Virus record (IMG/VR): IMGVR_UViG_3300035694_000001
Location: 1-64,000 of that record
Strand: one strand, 5' to 3'
Source: a virus
Length of the DNA: 64,000 bases
Shown: in pieces, positions 54,918-64,000 of the stretch
How positions within the stretch are numbered: position 1 is the stretch's first letter
Layout: every line of letters starts with the position of its first letter
Position numbers and translations under genes: made by a program
The notes under the pieces: model-generated
What the model saw: the letters and a program-made list of their open reading frames with translations, nothing else
Database searches by the model: none
Told to the model about the DNA's origin: nothing

Positions 54918-55231
54918 GAAAGGAGATAGTGATGTGCGATCACGCGGCGCGTGGCACGGAGTTGATAGTCGCCATGGAACAAGTGACCAAGGAGTTTGAA
55001 AATGACCCGCTGGATGCCGACTACCAGTATGATTTGGAACGTGAGCGCCATGCGAATGGTTAAACGCGGACGGCCCGATTACGCAGCCGAGCGGGATACA
55101 CATGCGAGCACAGCGGTCCTGAATTTGCAAGCCGGTGATAGCTCAGCCGCTACTGCGGCGGCCTTGCTGGCTCTCGAAGCCCAGTTCGGTCGAATCGCTG
55201 ATGCGCAGCTAGCGAAAGAAGATCACATCTG

Positions 55232-55498
55232 ATGCCCGAACGTCCAGCCGCTGAGTTGGCGCACCTGGCGGATATGGCTAGGAGGCTCAGCACATCGCTC
55301 GTGTACTACCAACATGCGCTGATTGCGGCCAGGCAAGCTGGGGCTACCTGGCCTCAGATGGCCGAGGTGCTTGGAACGTCCGAGGGTGGCGTGCGGTGGC
55401 GCCATAAGGCAGCTAGGGACGGTGGAGAGGTGCATCTGCGTCTCTGGCCGGCCAACGAACCTCAGATACCGGCTCCACGAAGTGAGGAGATGTCATGA
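55232..55498 (+). CDS. Small HTH protein
   Basis: ARQAGATWPQMAEVLGTS...VR.R. Confidence 0.7.
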   Translation: MPERPAAELAHLADMARRLSTSLVYYQHALIAARQAGATWPQMAEVLGTSEGGVRWRHKAARDGGEVHLRLWPANEPQIPAPRSEEMS

Positions 55499-55860
55499 AC
55501 GAGACCATCAAAGAAGAGTGGAAGAAGAATCTCAAATCTGGAAAGTTTGCCCAAGGCAGCGGGCAGCTTCGCGCATGGAGCGAAGAGGATAACTGTTGGA
55601 AGTATTGCTGCCTCGGCGTGCTGTGTGAGATGTCCGGGCTTGGTGAGTGGGTAGAAGTAGTAGTGGACGACGAAGAGCGTTACTCTACTTATTACCTTAA
55701 CAACAAATATTACTTGCCCTGTGAGGTGGCCGAGTGGGCTGGTATCGATCCCAGTAACGATGAAGACACAGACGTACAACAGCGTTTAGGAACTGCGAAT
55801 GACGAAGGCAATACTTTTACCGTGATAGCCGATCAAATCGGCACGACTTGGGATTTGTGA
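55495..55860 (+). CDS. Conserved phage protein
   Basis: W...LKSGKF.QG.G.L...YCCLGVLCE...NDEG.TF..IAD.I. Confidence 0.7.
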   Translation: MNETIKEEWKKNLKSGKFAQGSGQLRAWSEEDNCWKYCCLGVLCEMSGLGEWVEVVVDDEERYSTYYLNNKYYLPCEVAEWAGIDPSNDEDTDVQQRLGTANDEGNTFTVIADQIGTTWDL

Positions 55861-56528
55861 TAATATGCCTGAGTCACTGAGTGCTTGCAGCATCAAACTG
55901 TGCTTGTCGTGCGAGCTGGTGTTCAATGAAATTACGGCTGGTATCACACTTGTTTTAGCTCCACTTCCTAATGTAGTGATGCAAGGTGCCCACAAACACC
56001 TTAAAGTGCATAAAGGAGATAATACTAATACCCCTTTCCCTCGGTGCAAACGTAATGGTCGAGGGTGGAATGGCCCAAATTTTGTGCCCACGAAGCAACT
56101 TGTAAATTGCCGCCGTTGTTTGGTTTGTGATGACTAGCCGGCTGCTAATCACTGGCTCACGATGGTGAGCCTCAGAAGCAAGGCATCCCAGTATCACCTT
56201 TTGAGAAACGGAGTTGAAGAGCAATGACGTTAGCTGAGCTAGGTTACCGGCTGGAAGCAAGGATGCCGGGATGGATGACTTCGGTGCGGTGTCTCACTTT
56301 TATTGTTGCGGCTATGATTCTTCTGGTGCAGGGGCTTTGAGGCATGGCAACTATGCGTGTACCCCTACACATCCTTGGCGCTGTGCACCCGAGGCCTGGC
56401 ATTGGGTGGGAGTGGACCTGCAACTACAAAGAGTGCAACGGTCATGGATTTAGGATAGACCGAGAGAAAAGCTACGCTGCTATCAGCACGCACTGGCGAG
56501 AGCGGCACAGAGCTTTGGACGATAGGCG

Positions 56529-56999
56529 ATGATTTATGTGGATGATGTCGGCATACCGGCGAAGGTGTGGAATAAGCGTACGGGCCGTTATGTCGAATCG
56601 CGTTGGTTCCACTTGATCTCAGACCAGATCGACACAGCCGAGCTACATGCATTCGCCGCGCGCCTCGGCTTGCACCGCTCCTACTTCCAAGAAGGATCCG
56701 ATCTCAGCGGTCAGGTTCTAGAACCTTGGCATGATCATTATGACGTGACGGTTGGTAAGCGCAAGCAAGCTCTTGGTCTTGGTGCCCAATCGGTCTCCTG
56801 GCACGAACTGGCCGAGATCACAACCGCTAAGGGAGAGGAATGTCACGCGCGCCATAGCGTCGATCTGAGCGGCTATCTGTGCCCCGCGTGTGTGCACCTT
56901 CTTGGAGAGCACGAGCACAGTTTTGAGCCCGCCCCTCAACCGAGTTATGAAGTTTGGGCTTGTCAACACCCGACATGCGACTGTGTGATGGAGCGATGA
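56529..56999 (+). CDS. DUF4031-family protein
   Basis: IYVDD...W.HL.SD....ELHAFAARLGL.R.YFQ...HYDVT..KR..AL.LGA. Confidence 0.85.
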   Translation: MIYVDDVGIPAKVWNKRTGRYVESRWFHLISDQIDTAELHAFAARLGLHRSYFQEGSDLSGQVLEPWHDHYDVTVGKRKQALGLGAQSVSWHELAEITTAKGEECHARHSVDLSGYLCPACVHLLGEHEHSFEPAPQPSYEVWACQHPTCDCVMER

Positions 57000-57256
57000 T
57001 GATGAAACAACCTATTACCGTGGGCGGTATTTACTTACACTATAAGGGTGATCGTTACATTGTCTTGTACGCCGCGCAAGACTCGGAAAACTCGGATAAC
57101 CGTGGATACCTAGTGATTTACATGTCGCTTGATGGCCCGCAAACGGGGCAAATCAATGTGAGGAGTTTATCTGAGTTTAGAGAAGACGTCGAGATGCCCG
57201 GAGGCGGTAAAACACCTAGATTTAAATACCTACGGACAGCACCAAGGGACCGCTGA
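56996..57256 (+). CDS. DUF1653-family protein
   Basis: GIYLHYKG..Y.VL..A..SE.....VIY..L......VR...EF......RF. Confidence 0.85.
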   Translation: MMMKQPITVGGIYLHYKGDRYIVLYAAQDSENSDNRGYLVIYMSLDGPQTGQINVRSLSEFREDVEMPGGGKTPRFKYLRTAPRDR

Positions 57257-57729
57257 TGACTACGCTACAAGAAGCTCAAACTTGGCTCGGTGAGCAGTTG
57301 CGAGATAAGGGCACCACATGCCCATGTTGCGGCCAGATGGCCAAGGTTTACAAGCGCAAACTCAACGCCAACATGGCGCGCTCGTTGCTAGTCGGCTACC
57401 GGGAGGCTGGGCTAGATTGGTTCCACGCCCCCTCGGTTGTTAAAGATCGAGGCGAGATGGCCAAGCTGCGGTACTGGAAGCTGGTAGAGGAAGAGCAGGC
57501 ACTGCGGCCGGATGGTGGCCGAGCGGGCTGCTGGCGGGTCACCTCGGCTGGGCAGATGTTTGCCCTCGGTCAGACAGTGGTCCCTGCACACGCGCTGGTC
57601 TATGACAGCCGGCTAGTTCGGCTGGACGAGTCGAGCGGCAAGATCAGTATCTATGATGCCTTGGGTGCTAAATTCAACTACCAGGAGCTGATGCGTGCCA
57701 AATTGCCGGCGTTTACTGTGGGTACGTAG
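57256..57729 (+). CDS. Hypothetical protein with Zn ribbon
   Basis: TCPCCGQMAKVYKRKLN; KLRYWKLVE. Confidence 0.65.
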   Translation: MTTLQEAQTWLGEQLRDKGTTCPCCGQMAKVYKRKLNANMARSLLVGYREAGLDWFHAPSVVKDRGEMAKLRYWKLVEEEQALRPDGGRAGCWRVTSAGQMFALGQTVVPAHALVYDSRLVRLDESSGKISIYDALGAKFNYQELMRAKLPAFTVGT

Positions 57730-57813
57730 CTCCCAGGAAACTCCCAGCTAACGAACACAACCCCCCTCAGCGATACAGCGTCTACAGGATGCACATCAAC
57801 ATGAGGAGGAGTT

Positions 57814-58065
57814 TTGATCAGAACACTTGCCGCGACGCTAGCGGTTGGCGCCTTGACGCTGGCTGGCGCGGCACCGGCCTTGGCTGACACGGCCGCGACG
57901 CAGGCTAGCGCTGCGCAGCCTTACCGTGGGGATTTCTGCGACAACGAGCGCAACCAGTGGGCCCCACAGTGCCGTAGCCACGACAGCTGGCGCTGGAACA
58001 GGCAACACAACCGCTGGGACCACTGGCGCTTCAACGACCGTGACCGTCGTTGGCACCAGAGGTAA
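57814..58065 (+). CDS. Secreted small Trp/Arg-rich protein
   Basis: Signal peptide ...AAPALA; GAGGAGG RBS. Confidence 0.65.
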   Translation: MIRTLAATLAVGALTLAGAAPALADTAATQASAAQPYRGDFCDNERNQWAPQCRSHDSWRWNRQHNRWDHWRFNDRDRRWHQR

Positions 58066-58078
58066 GATCTTCAGCATA

Positions 58079-58122
58079 GAAAAGCGGGGCCTCTGAACTA
58101 CCTACCAGGGGCCCCGCTTCTT
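58079..58122. terminator. Bidirectional terminator
   Basis: AAAAGCGGGGCC...GGCCCCGCTTCTT. Confidence 0.7.
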
Positions 58123-58281
58123 GTGTCTAGCTGCAGGCGAGGACGTCGCCGGTCTCCCGGCAGCTCGGCGGGTTGGGGCAAAAACCTGGGGTGCTGCCGC
58201 ACGCGAGAGCTGGCACCTCGGCACTGAAAAGCAGCACGAGCACAAAGACGCCGGACGCAGCGGTGATCATGGTACGTGATC

Positions 58282-58953
58282 CTACGGGGTAGAGGTCGGC
58301 GGTGGCGCGGTTTTCTTGGTCTTCCTGGGGCCTGTGGCCTTCGCCTTGGGCGCGGCGGCGCTGCCCTGAGGTTTGGCCCCTGGGTGCCGCCAGCATTTCT
58401 CTCCGGCCGTGCCTACCGGGTTGTTGCACGGGGTGCCATCATCCGTGGGAGCCCCGCACTTGTGGCCTCCGCTGCCCTTGGGAGGGTTGCCGGCGGCGCG
58501 CGGCTTCCGGGGCGTCTTCGGAGGCTTAGCTGGCGGGTTGGGGTCACCGAAGAACCACGCTGTGCCGGCGGAGATCCCCTCGGCGACGAAGAACATCTCA
58601 GCAGCCGCACTCCAGCTCGCAAACTCCACAGCAGCGGCCGTGAGCACCGTAGCCGCCACAACGACCGTGAAGAAGCCGAAGAGCATGCCTCGGCGCGGCG
58701 GCCGGCGCCGTACCCGGCGAGCTTGGGGCCTAGCCCCAACGTTGAAGACGCCAGCGCGCCGGCCTATTCGAGAAGACGGGCGGCGCGGCGGCGCTGTGTG
58801 CACAGCTACGAGCGGTCGCTTCGGCCGTGCCTGCCGGGCTGCCCGACGTGCCCGGATGTTGTCGCTGATGTGCTGGCCCAGCTTCGGCCTCGGTACTTCG
58901 CCCGTAAATCCTACGGGCGGGGGCGGTGCAGCTTGTTTCGACGCCTTAGCCAT
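58282..58953 (-). CDS. Basic membrane protein with C-terminal C3H Zn finger
   Basis: 2 TM segments; CGAPT.DG.PC.NPV.....CWRH. Confidence 0.6.
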   Translation of the reverse strand: MAKASKQAAPPPPVGFTGEVPRPKLGQHISDNIRARRAARQARPKRPLVAVHTAPPRRPSSRIGRRAGVFNVGARPQARRVRRRPPRRGMLFGFFTVVVAATVLTAAAVEFASWSAAAEMFFVAEGISAGTAWFFGDPNPPAKPPKTPRKPRAAGNPPKGSGGHKCGAPTDDGTPCNNPVGTAGEKCWRHPGAKPQGSAAAPKAKATGPRKTKKTAPPPTSTP

Positions 58954-59144
58954 GGTTTCCGTCCTGACACTGCGGGTTGGTGTCCGGTTACTATGGATCA
59001 CCTGTGTTTGATGTGTTACACGTCTGTGAGCTGCGTAAAGGCCAGCAATAGCCGGGCCATGCTAGCCTCCCTCCACCCGGACACTGTGTAAGGTGTCAGG
59101 GTACCAGTTGCGGTTTCGCAATCACAACGGAGCAAGGGAGGATC

Positions 59145-59657
59145 GTGTCCGTAGACCCGCGTCAGCTTGTTGAGCTGCTGTGTGTCGACATGAGCGAGAC
59201 CGAGCGAGCCAAACAGCTGGGAGTAGCTCGGTCCTCGTACTACGGCGCGCTAGAGCGACTCATCCGAGATGGGATCTTGAAAAGCCGCACGATGTTGGCC
59301 GGGGGGATGACCTGCACAGGCGCGCATCCGCGATCTAAAAATTCACCCACCAGGCACGCTCCGGTGCTGCATGTGTCGTGGCTGGCAGGACTCGGCCGCT
59401 GGTCAGTGCAAGGTGCGTTGCTCGACGCATGGGACAAGGAATCCAAAAGTGAAGCTGTGGTTATTATTCGGTGGGCAGGTAAAACATTGGACATTTATTC
59501 ATTTGTTGTGGTGCCCCCGACGCGATGGTCTACGAAAGATACTAATCGATACATTGGCAGCCGCTGGTTACTGACCAGAACAGCTCTCGAAGAATTAACG
59601 ATCGCTATTGCTAGGGTGCTCGACGCTGAGGCTGTGCTTATACCGGAGGGCTGGTGA
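59145..59657 (+). CDS. HTH-containing protein
   Basis: MSETERAKQLGVARSSYY..L.RL...G; GGGAGG RBS. Confidence 0.6.
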   Translation: MSVDPRQLVELLCVDMSETERAKQLGVARSSYYGALERLIRDGILKSRTMLAGGMTCTGAHPRSKNSPTRHAPVLHVSWLAGLGRWSVQGALLDAWDKESKSEAVVIIRWAGKTLDIYSFVVVPPTRWSTKDTNRYIGSRWLLTRTALEELTIAIARVLDAEAVLIPEGW

Positions 59658-59758
59658 TGTACCGGGTTTTTAAGTATTGCGTGGGGCTATCTATTGTCGC
59701 TGTTTTACTAATTGTTTTTCTCATCATTGCGGTAGGAATCTAGACTAGGAGGATTAGT

Positions 59759-60097
59759 ATGTCCGATTCATCGAATCTACTAGACTTCATCTCTGACGAA
59801 CCGCCGGCTCAGATCGACATCATCGAGCTGGCCGTGCAAGCACTGGCCGAGGCGATGGCGTGGCGGGTAGACCCACTGAACATCCCCGCGCCGACTGCTG
59901 ACATGACCCAGCGTGCGACGGATATTGTCTCGGCGGTGACCGACCTGGGCGGCCGGAAGTTCGTTGTGCTTGTGTGCGGCTCTGAGGCAGACGCCAAGCG
60001 CCTCGCCGTGGCATGCGGTAAGAACGGTGACCACATCGGCGAGGCGCTGCGCGTGCTTGATCTGCTGGCCGAGACGGAAGAGGCCCTGCCTAACTAG
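59759..60097 (+). CDS. Hypothetical protein
   Basis: AGGAGG RBS. Confidence 0.65.
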   Translation: MSDSSNLLDFISDEPPAQIDIIELAVQALAEAMAWRVDPLNIPAPTADMTQRATDIVSAVTDLGGRKFVVLVCGSEADAKRLAVACGKNGDHIGEALRVLDLLAETEEALPN

Positions 60098-60265
60098 CAG
60101 ACAGGGCCTCTATGCAAAATAGGGGTTACTGACCGCCGGCAAGAAAATAGCCCGAATTCATGGCAAGAAAACCAAGGGAGCCAGCAAGGAAAGTGACCAG
60201 GATAATTCTGGTGAGCAGGGGTATCGAACGCAGTCCATCTTCAAGCCACTGCAAAAAATCTTCCA

Positions 60266-60763
60266 TTACTTTACCGCCTTGGTCATGTCGGCTTCCTGGT
60301 AAGTAAGTGGCTTAAGAATTTTACCATCGGCTCGTGCGATGCATGAGCCATCTAGCAAAATTTTCGTCATATTCGACCGATGCACCTCTCTAAAAGCAGT
60401 ATCTGTGTTTATTTCTGGTCGCGCGGCAGCTCCCACAATCACGTACATCAAATCGGCTGATTCTTTGGCCATAGGCTTGGCATCGCCTGTGTCTACGAAA
60501 TGCTGCAAGGCTTCGCACCACTCGGTATATTCTTCTTCAGCGAGCTTCCAGCGAAGCTCAGCCCACTCTTCAAGAGGTAAATGATCCCCGCCGGTTGCTT
60601 CACTCCACTCTTGTAACATCCCCGTATAGCTGGGCCGCAGAGCCTCGTAGGCGGTGAGGATCTCGGCTAGTGCAAAAGCTGCAGCCCCTGGGTGGTCGTA
60701 TAATTTGCCTGCATGGCGGTCGAGGATCTCTAGTAGCTCAGCTGGTACGTCTTCAATCTTCAT
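60266..60763 (-). CDS. MazG-like nucleotide pyrophosphohydrolase
   Basis: LR.KL..EEY.E...AKE.ADL.YV..G......AF.EVHRSNMTK.......DGKILKP..Y. Confidence 0.85.
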   Translation of the reverse strand: MKIEDVPAELLEILDRHAGKLYDHPGAAAFALAEILTAYEALRPSYTGMLQEWSEATGGDHLPLEEWAELRWKLAEEEYTEWCEALQHFVDTGDAKPMAKESADLMYVIVGAAARPEINTDTAFREVHRSNMTKILLDGSCIARADGKILKPLTYQEADMTKAVK

Positions 60764-60945
60764 GTCGCGATGGTCCTTTCCGGGCACATATGCCCCTCGG
60801 TTGCTTCGATGTGATGGCAAGTTGCGCATCGGATCCACAGACCGCATTCAACACATTGCCGAAAATAGCTGGCGCCGACCATGTGGATCCACGTCATGTT
60901 TTCCGCTCGGCAATTGTAACAGTACCGTTTCTCGGAGGCTAGCAT

Positions 60946-61527
60946 TTATTCAGCTCCTAGGTGCGCGAGAGATCGAGCGAGATTTTTACGTGCCTGCTGG
61001 CCGATGGTCTTCGGAGGGTAACCGAAGTGAGCAGTCAAGGCAGCTGTGCCGAGCCCTCGGCAATACCGCAAATAAATATACTCCCGTTGCCTGTCAGTTA
61101 GCTCGGCCATTGCATGCGCTATCTCTCCGTAGTGATAAGCGGTTTCGATCCCTTCAAGATTTGTCAGCATCTCTACCCAGATAATATCCGAGGCTTTGCC
61201 GGTAAACTCGCTTGTGTGGTCATCCGAGTAGGCTTCGATCTTTTCCCACGGGTCGCCGGATAGCTCAGTTTTCCTTGCATCTCGACACTGTGCCGTCCAG
61301 TGTCGAATCATCACACGCATACGATCTGACGCGTTGCGCAAAAGCCAATAATCTAGTGTGACACCCCTTCGGTCATCGTAGGTCTTGGTAGCCTGCCATA
61401 GCGCAATCCACGCTTCTTGTGCAAGATCATCTGATCTGTCTGGGAACTGCAGAGTCATACGAGAGGCCATCCGGCGCAATTTGGGTCGGTACTGTAATAG
61501 TAACTCCCGTTCTTCCGTTATGTTCAT
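60946..61527 (-). CDS. Phage sigma-70 (ECF-like) factor
   Basis: DDLAQEAWIALWQA..TYD (region 2); L.DRQREYIYLRY..G (region 4). Confidence 0.85.
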   Translation of the reverse strand: MNITEERELLLQYRPKLRRMASRMTLQFPDRSDDLAQEAWIALWQATKTYDDRRGVTLDYWLLRNASDRMRVMIRHWTAQCRDARKTELSGDPWEKIEAYSDDHTSEFTGKASDIIWVEMLTNLEGIETAYHYGEIAHAMAELTDRQREYIYLRYCRGLGTAALTAHFGYPPKTIGQQARKNLARSLAHLGAE

Positions 61528-61945
61528 AACTTCTTCCTAATTGTTCGCATAGTTGTCGAGCAGGCGGGTTAATGAGATACCAAAAAATACGCAAGCCTAC
61601 ATCCGGGTTGTCTCGAACGCGTCTACCAAGGAACTGGTTACACTCCCCACATAGCAGTCCCCGAAGTAAGTCCGTTTTATGATCATGATCATTAGCGAGT
61701 CGTTTAGTTGCGCCGGTGGCCAGCCGACAGATCCAACACAGGCCATTTTGGAATGCGTACAATAAGTCGTAAAAATCTGTGTCCGTGTCGTACACTTTGG
61801 CGGTCATCGCCCGGTGCGCTGCTTCTTTGCGTCGCTTGACCTCAGGCCGCCAGCAGGTAGCGCAGCGCGGCCCAGGGTGTGGAGCCGGGCGTTTTTGATG
61901 TTTGATGTCTTCCCCCGCATTTTTGCAGGGCTTGAGTTTCTTCAC
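61427..61945 (-). CDS. Endonuclease VII (Holliday junction resolvase-like)
   Basis: Y..L..FQ.G.CWIC...G..KRL..DHDH....RGLLC..CN. Confidence 0.85.
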   Translation of the reverse strand: MKKLKPCKNAGEDIKHQKRPAPHPGPRCATCWRPEVKRRKEAAHRAMTAKVYDTDTDFYDLLYAFQNGLCWICRLATGATKRLANDHDHKTDLLRGLLCGECNQFLGRRVRDNPDVGLRIFWYLINPPARQLCEQLGRSYEHNGRTGVTITVPTQIAPDGLSYDSAVPRQIR

Positions 61946-62017
61946 GGGCTAAGTCCGATCTACTCCAGTAGCGCCGAGGTCCCAGCGAGGCGACCTCGGC
62001 GCTACGCATCGGGCTAT

Positions 62018-63145
62018 CTACTGCTGCGGCTGCCAGCCTTGGGGCGGAGCACCCTGCTGGTTACCCCAGGGGTTCGCCGGATCGGGCGCAGACGGCTGGT
62101 ACCCCTGCTGGGCTTGGCCGTTGGCAGCAGTCGGCGGCCCTTGTGGGGGGCCCTGCTGAGGCTGAGTCCATGGGGCTTGGCTGGTAGGCGGTGGGCCAGC
62201 CTGCTGCGGAGGCCCTTGCTGCCAGCCCTGGGCGGCCGGTGGCGCCTGCTGAGCCCACGGGGCTTGGCCGTTAGGCAGTCCCTGGGCAGGAGGAGGCCCT
62301 TGCTGCCAGCCCTGACCCTGAGCGGCCGGCGCTTGCGCCGTCTGATACGGGTTGCCCTGCTGCGGCGGAGGGCCTTGCTGCCATGGGGTCTGGCTTTGCT
62401 GAGGCGGTGCCGTCTGTGCTGGAGGGCCCTGCTGCGGCGCTCCGTTGGTTTGCTGAGGCGGCCCTGCAAAGAAAGAATCATTGCGGCTGCCTGCAGGCGG
62501 CGGGACGTACCGGGCGGTATAGGTGAACGCCGGCATTCCTTTCTGACCATTCTGCTGAGTAGTCTGCCGAGAACCTGTGCGGGTCACCCACAGCTGGCCG
62601 CCGATCCTCAGCCGGATCTCACCTGTGTTCGCCGCACGCATAGCCTCGGTGACAGCCTTGGTGACATCCTTAGATTGAGGCAGCCAAATTGACCGCATAC
62701 CGGTGTCCTCAGGGTCATTCGGCATTCGTTCATTAGTTTGCAGCGTCACGACCTTAATCATGATCGGTCGGTCACTATTCGGCCAAAACATCGGCTGCTT
62801 GGTCTTCTGATCGGTTTGCTGCCGTTCGCCGAGGCCAACGATTTCGCCGCCTCGCTCGTAGCCAATGCAAGAATCGTCACCAAACGACATGTATTTACCG
62901 CCAGTGCTGCTGGTGAAAAACTCATCATCGCCGTCTTCGTTAGCCGAGCTTGGCTGCGGCGCAGGCGGAGCTTGAGGCGTTTGCTGCCACGGCTGGCCCT
63001 GCCCCTGAGCGGGCGGCCCCGCCTGGGGCGGAGGGCCTTGCTGGGGAGGCGCTGGCTGCCAGCCCTGGTTTGGCGGTGGCCCCTGAGGCGGTCCTTGCTG
63101 CCATCCCTGAGGCGGGGCCCCTTGCTGCCACGGTGCTTGAGTCAT
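62018..63145 (-). CDS. Probable ssDNA-binding/recombination protein with Q/P/G-rich disordered tails
   Basis: Core GGEI....RQQTD.....P.FW.....P....VVTLQT.......D.G.R..W...L..GG.L.V.......Y.A.Y.PP. Confidence 0.55.
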   Translation of the reverse strand: MTQAPWQQGAPPQGWQQGPPQGPPPNQGWQPAPPQQGPPPQAGPPAQGQGQPWQQTPQAPPAPQPSSANEDGDDEFFTSSTGGKYMSFGDDSCIGYERGGEIVGLGERQQTDQKTKQPMFWPNSDRPIMIKVVTLQTNERMPNDPEDTGMRSIWLPQSKDVTKAVTEAMRAANTGEIRLRIGGQLWVTRTGSRQTTQQNGQKGMPAFTYTARYVPPPAGSRNDSFFAGPPQQTNGAPQQGPPAQTAPPQQSQTPWQQGPPPQQGNPYQTAQAPAAQGQGWQQGPPPAQGLPNGQAPWAQQAPPAAQGWQQGPPQQAGPPPTSQAPWTQPQQGPPQGPPTAANGQAQQGYQPSAPDPANPWGNQQGAPPQGWQPQQ

Positions 63146-63170
63146 TGTATTAGTTTCCCTTCTCTGTTAT

Positions 63171-64000
63171 TTAGTGAGTCGGAGTGAGTTGCTGGAAAGT
63201 GGCGAGCTTGGCATTCGCCGCATCAAGGATATGGCCGACCCAACTCTCTGGGCCGTACGTGTTCGTCCACTGCTGATAGATCGCCCAGAGGCGGTCTTGT
63301 CCCGGAGCCTCACTGATCGCTTTCATGACCCCGTCATATGTCATATCTACGATGCCAGGCTGCTGGCCCCAAGGAGCCGGAGCGTTATTTTGCTGCGGTT
63401 GTGGGTCTTGCATTGCAGGCTGGGGCTGTGCTCCATCGCGATTACGCATCGCGTGCTGCGCCTTCACACATTCTACGATCATTGATGCGAGAGGCTCCCG
63501 GTGCTTGCGCAGCGAGGCTTCATCAATCCCAGGGCTGATCAGCCTCAGCATTGGCTGTAGCTGCTCTTTCTTTGAGAGAGTGGCCAACTCTTCCACCATC
63601 TCTGTGTAGAACACCTCAGGATCGATACCGGCCCCGGTCCGAGCGATAAGATCTTGGATGTACTCGGCCGGCGGGGTGTTCTTGCTGGACCCCTTCGGTG
63701 CGGGGGGTTGCGGGCCTGGCGGCACGCCCTGAGGCGGGGCCTCAGCTGCCGGATACTGCGGCGGCTGAGATGCCGGGCCGTGAGCCACCGTGCCTGGCGG
63801 GACGCCTGGAGGCAGCTGCTGGCCGACCACCGCAGCGGCTTGGGTGTTCATCTGAGCTACCTGCTCAGGGCCGATCGGTTGGCCAGACTGAATCTGCTGG
63901 TTGATGACTTCCTTGATCTGAGCTGCGTTGCCGTTTTGAGGCAATACAGCTTGCGCGGCAACCCACTCAAGCGGGGGGCAGCCCTGCTCGGCGGTGTGCA
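63171..64000 (-). CDS. C-terminal part of a Q/P-rich protein (start lies beyond window)
   Basis: Frame open to the window end. Confidence 0.6.
   Translation of the reverse strand, partial: HTAEQGCPPLEWVAAQAVLPQNGNAAQIKEVINQQIQSGQPIGPEQVAQMNTQAAAVVGQQLPPGVPPGTVAHGPASQPPQYPAAEAPPQGVPPGPQPPAPKGSSKNTPPAEYIQDLIARTGAGIDPEVFYTEMVEELATLSKKEQLQPMLRLISPGIDEASLRKHREPLASMIVECVKAQHAMRNRDGAQPQPAMQDPQPQQNNAPAPWGQQPGIVDMTYDGVMKAISEAPGQDRLWAIYQQWTNTYGPESWVGHILDAANAKLATFQQLTPTH

Noticed and set aside
58276-59091. Plus-strand ORFs of 271 and 212 aa
   Set aside because: Antisense to the more protein-like minus-strand TM/Zn-finger gene.
61814-62692. Long Arg/Leu-rich plus-strand ORF and 62014-62550 alternative frame
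   Set aside because: Shadows of the low-complexity Q/P-rich gene.

Overview
The whole window is part of a large, GC-rich actinobacterial siphophage genome. WhiB, Lsr2, a TraB-type FtsK and Spd-like genes suggest a filamentous actinomycete host. From left to right it contains: the end of a leftward gene block; a packaging-type HNH and probable cos region; terS/terL; portal; head genes; a capsid-region GT4 glycosyltransferase; an Acb2-like anti-CBASS sponge; neck and tail genes (-1 frameshifted chaperone, tape measure with SLT domain, Dit, minor tails, S74 fibre); a dispersed lysis region (GH25 lysin, cysteine peptidase, holin); many small accessory genes; and the start of a leftward DNA-metabolism arm (MazG-like, sigma factor, EndoVII, SSB-like). 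No integrase is visible in the window. Four observations stand out. (1) A Streptomyces-plasmid/AICE-like conjugation module (divergent HTH, Spd-like membrane protein, TraB-like ATPase, clt-like repeats) sits inside a virion-encoding phage. (2) The tape-measure gene is split by an 11-nt coding gap (CTT-TGA-AGTAG-CTC) that looks like programmed translational bypassing. (3) A tandem pair of structured non-coding elements has covarying closing stems. (4) There are recurrent regulatory modules: a leftward promoter family, a 16-bp palindromic operator and conserved HNH leaders. All family calls come from motif recognition by eye, without database searches.
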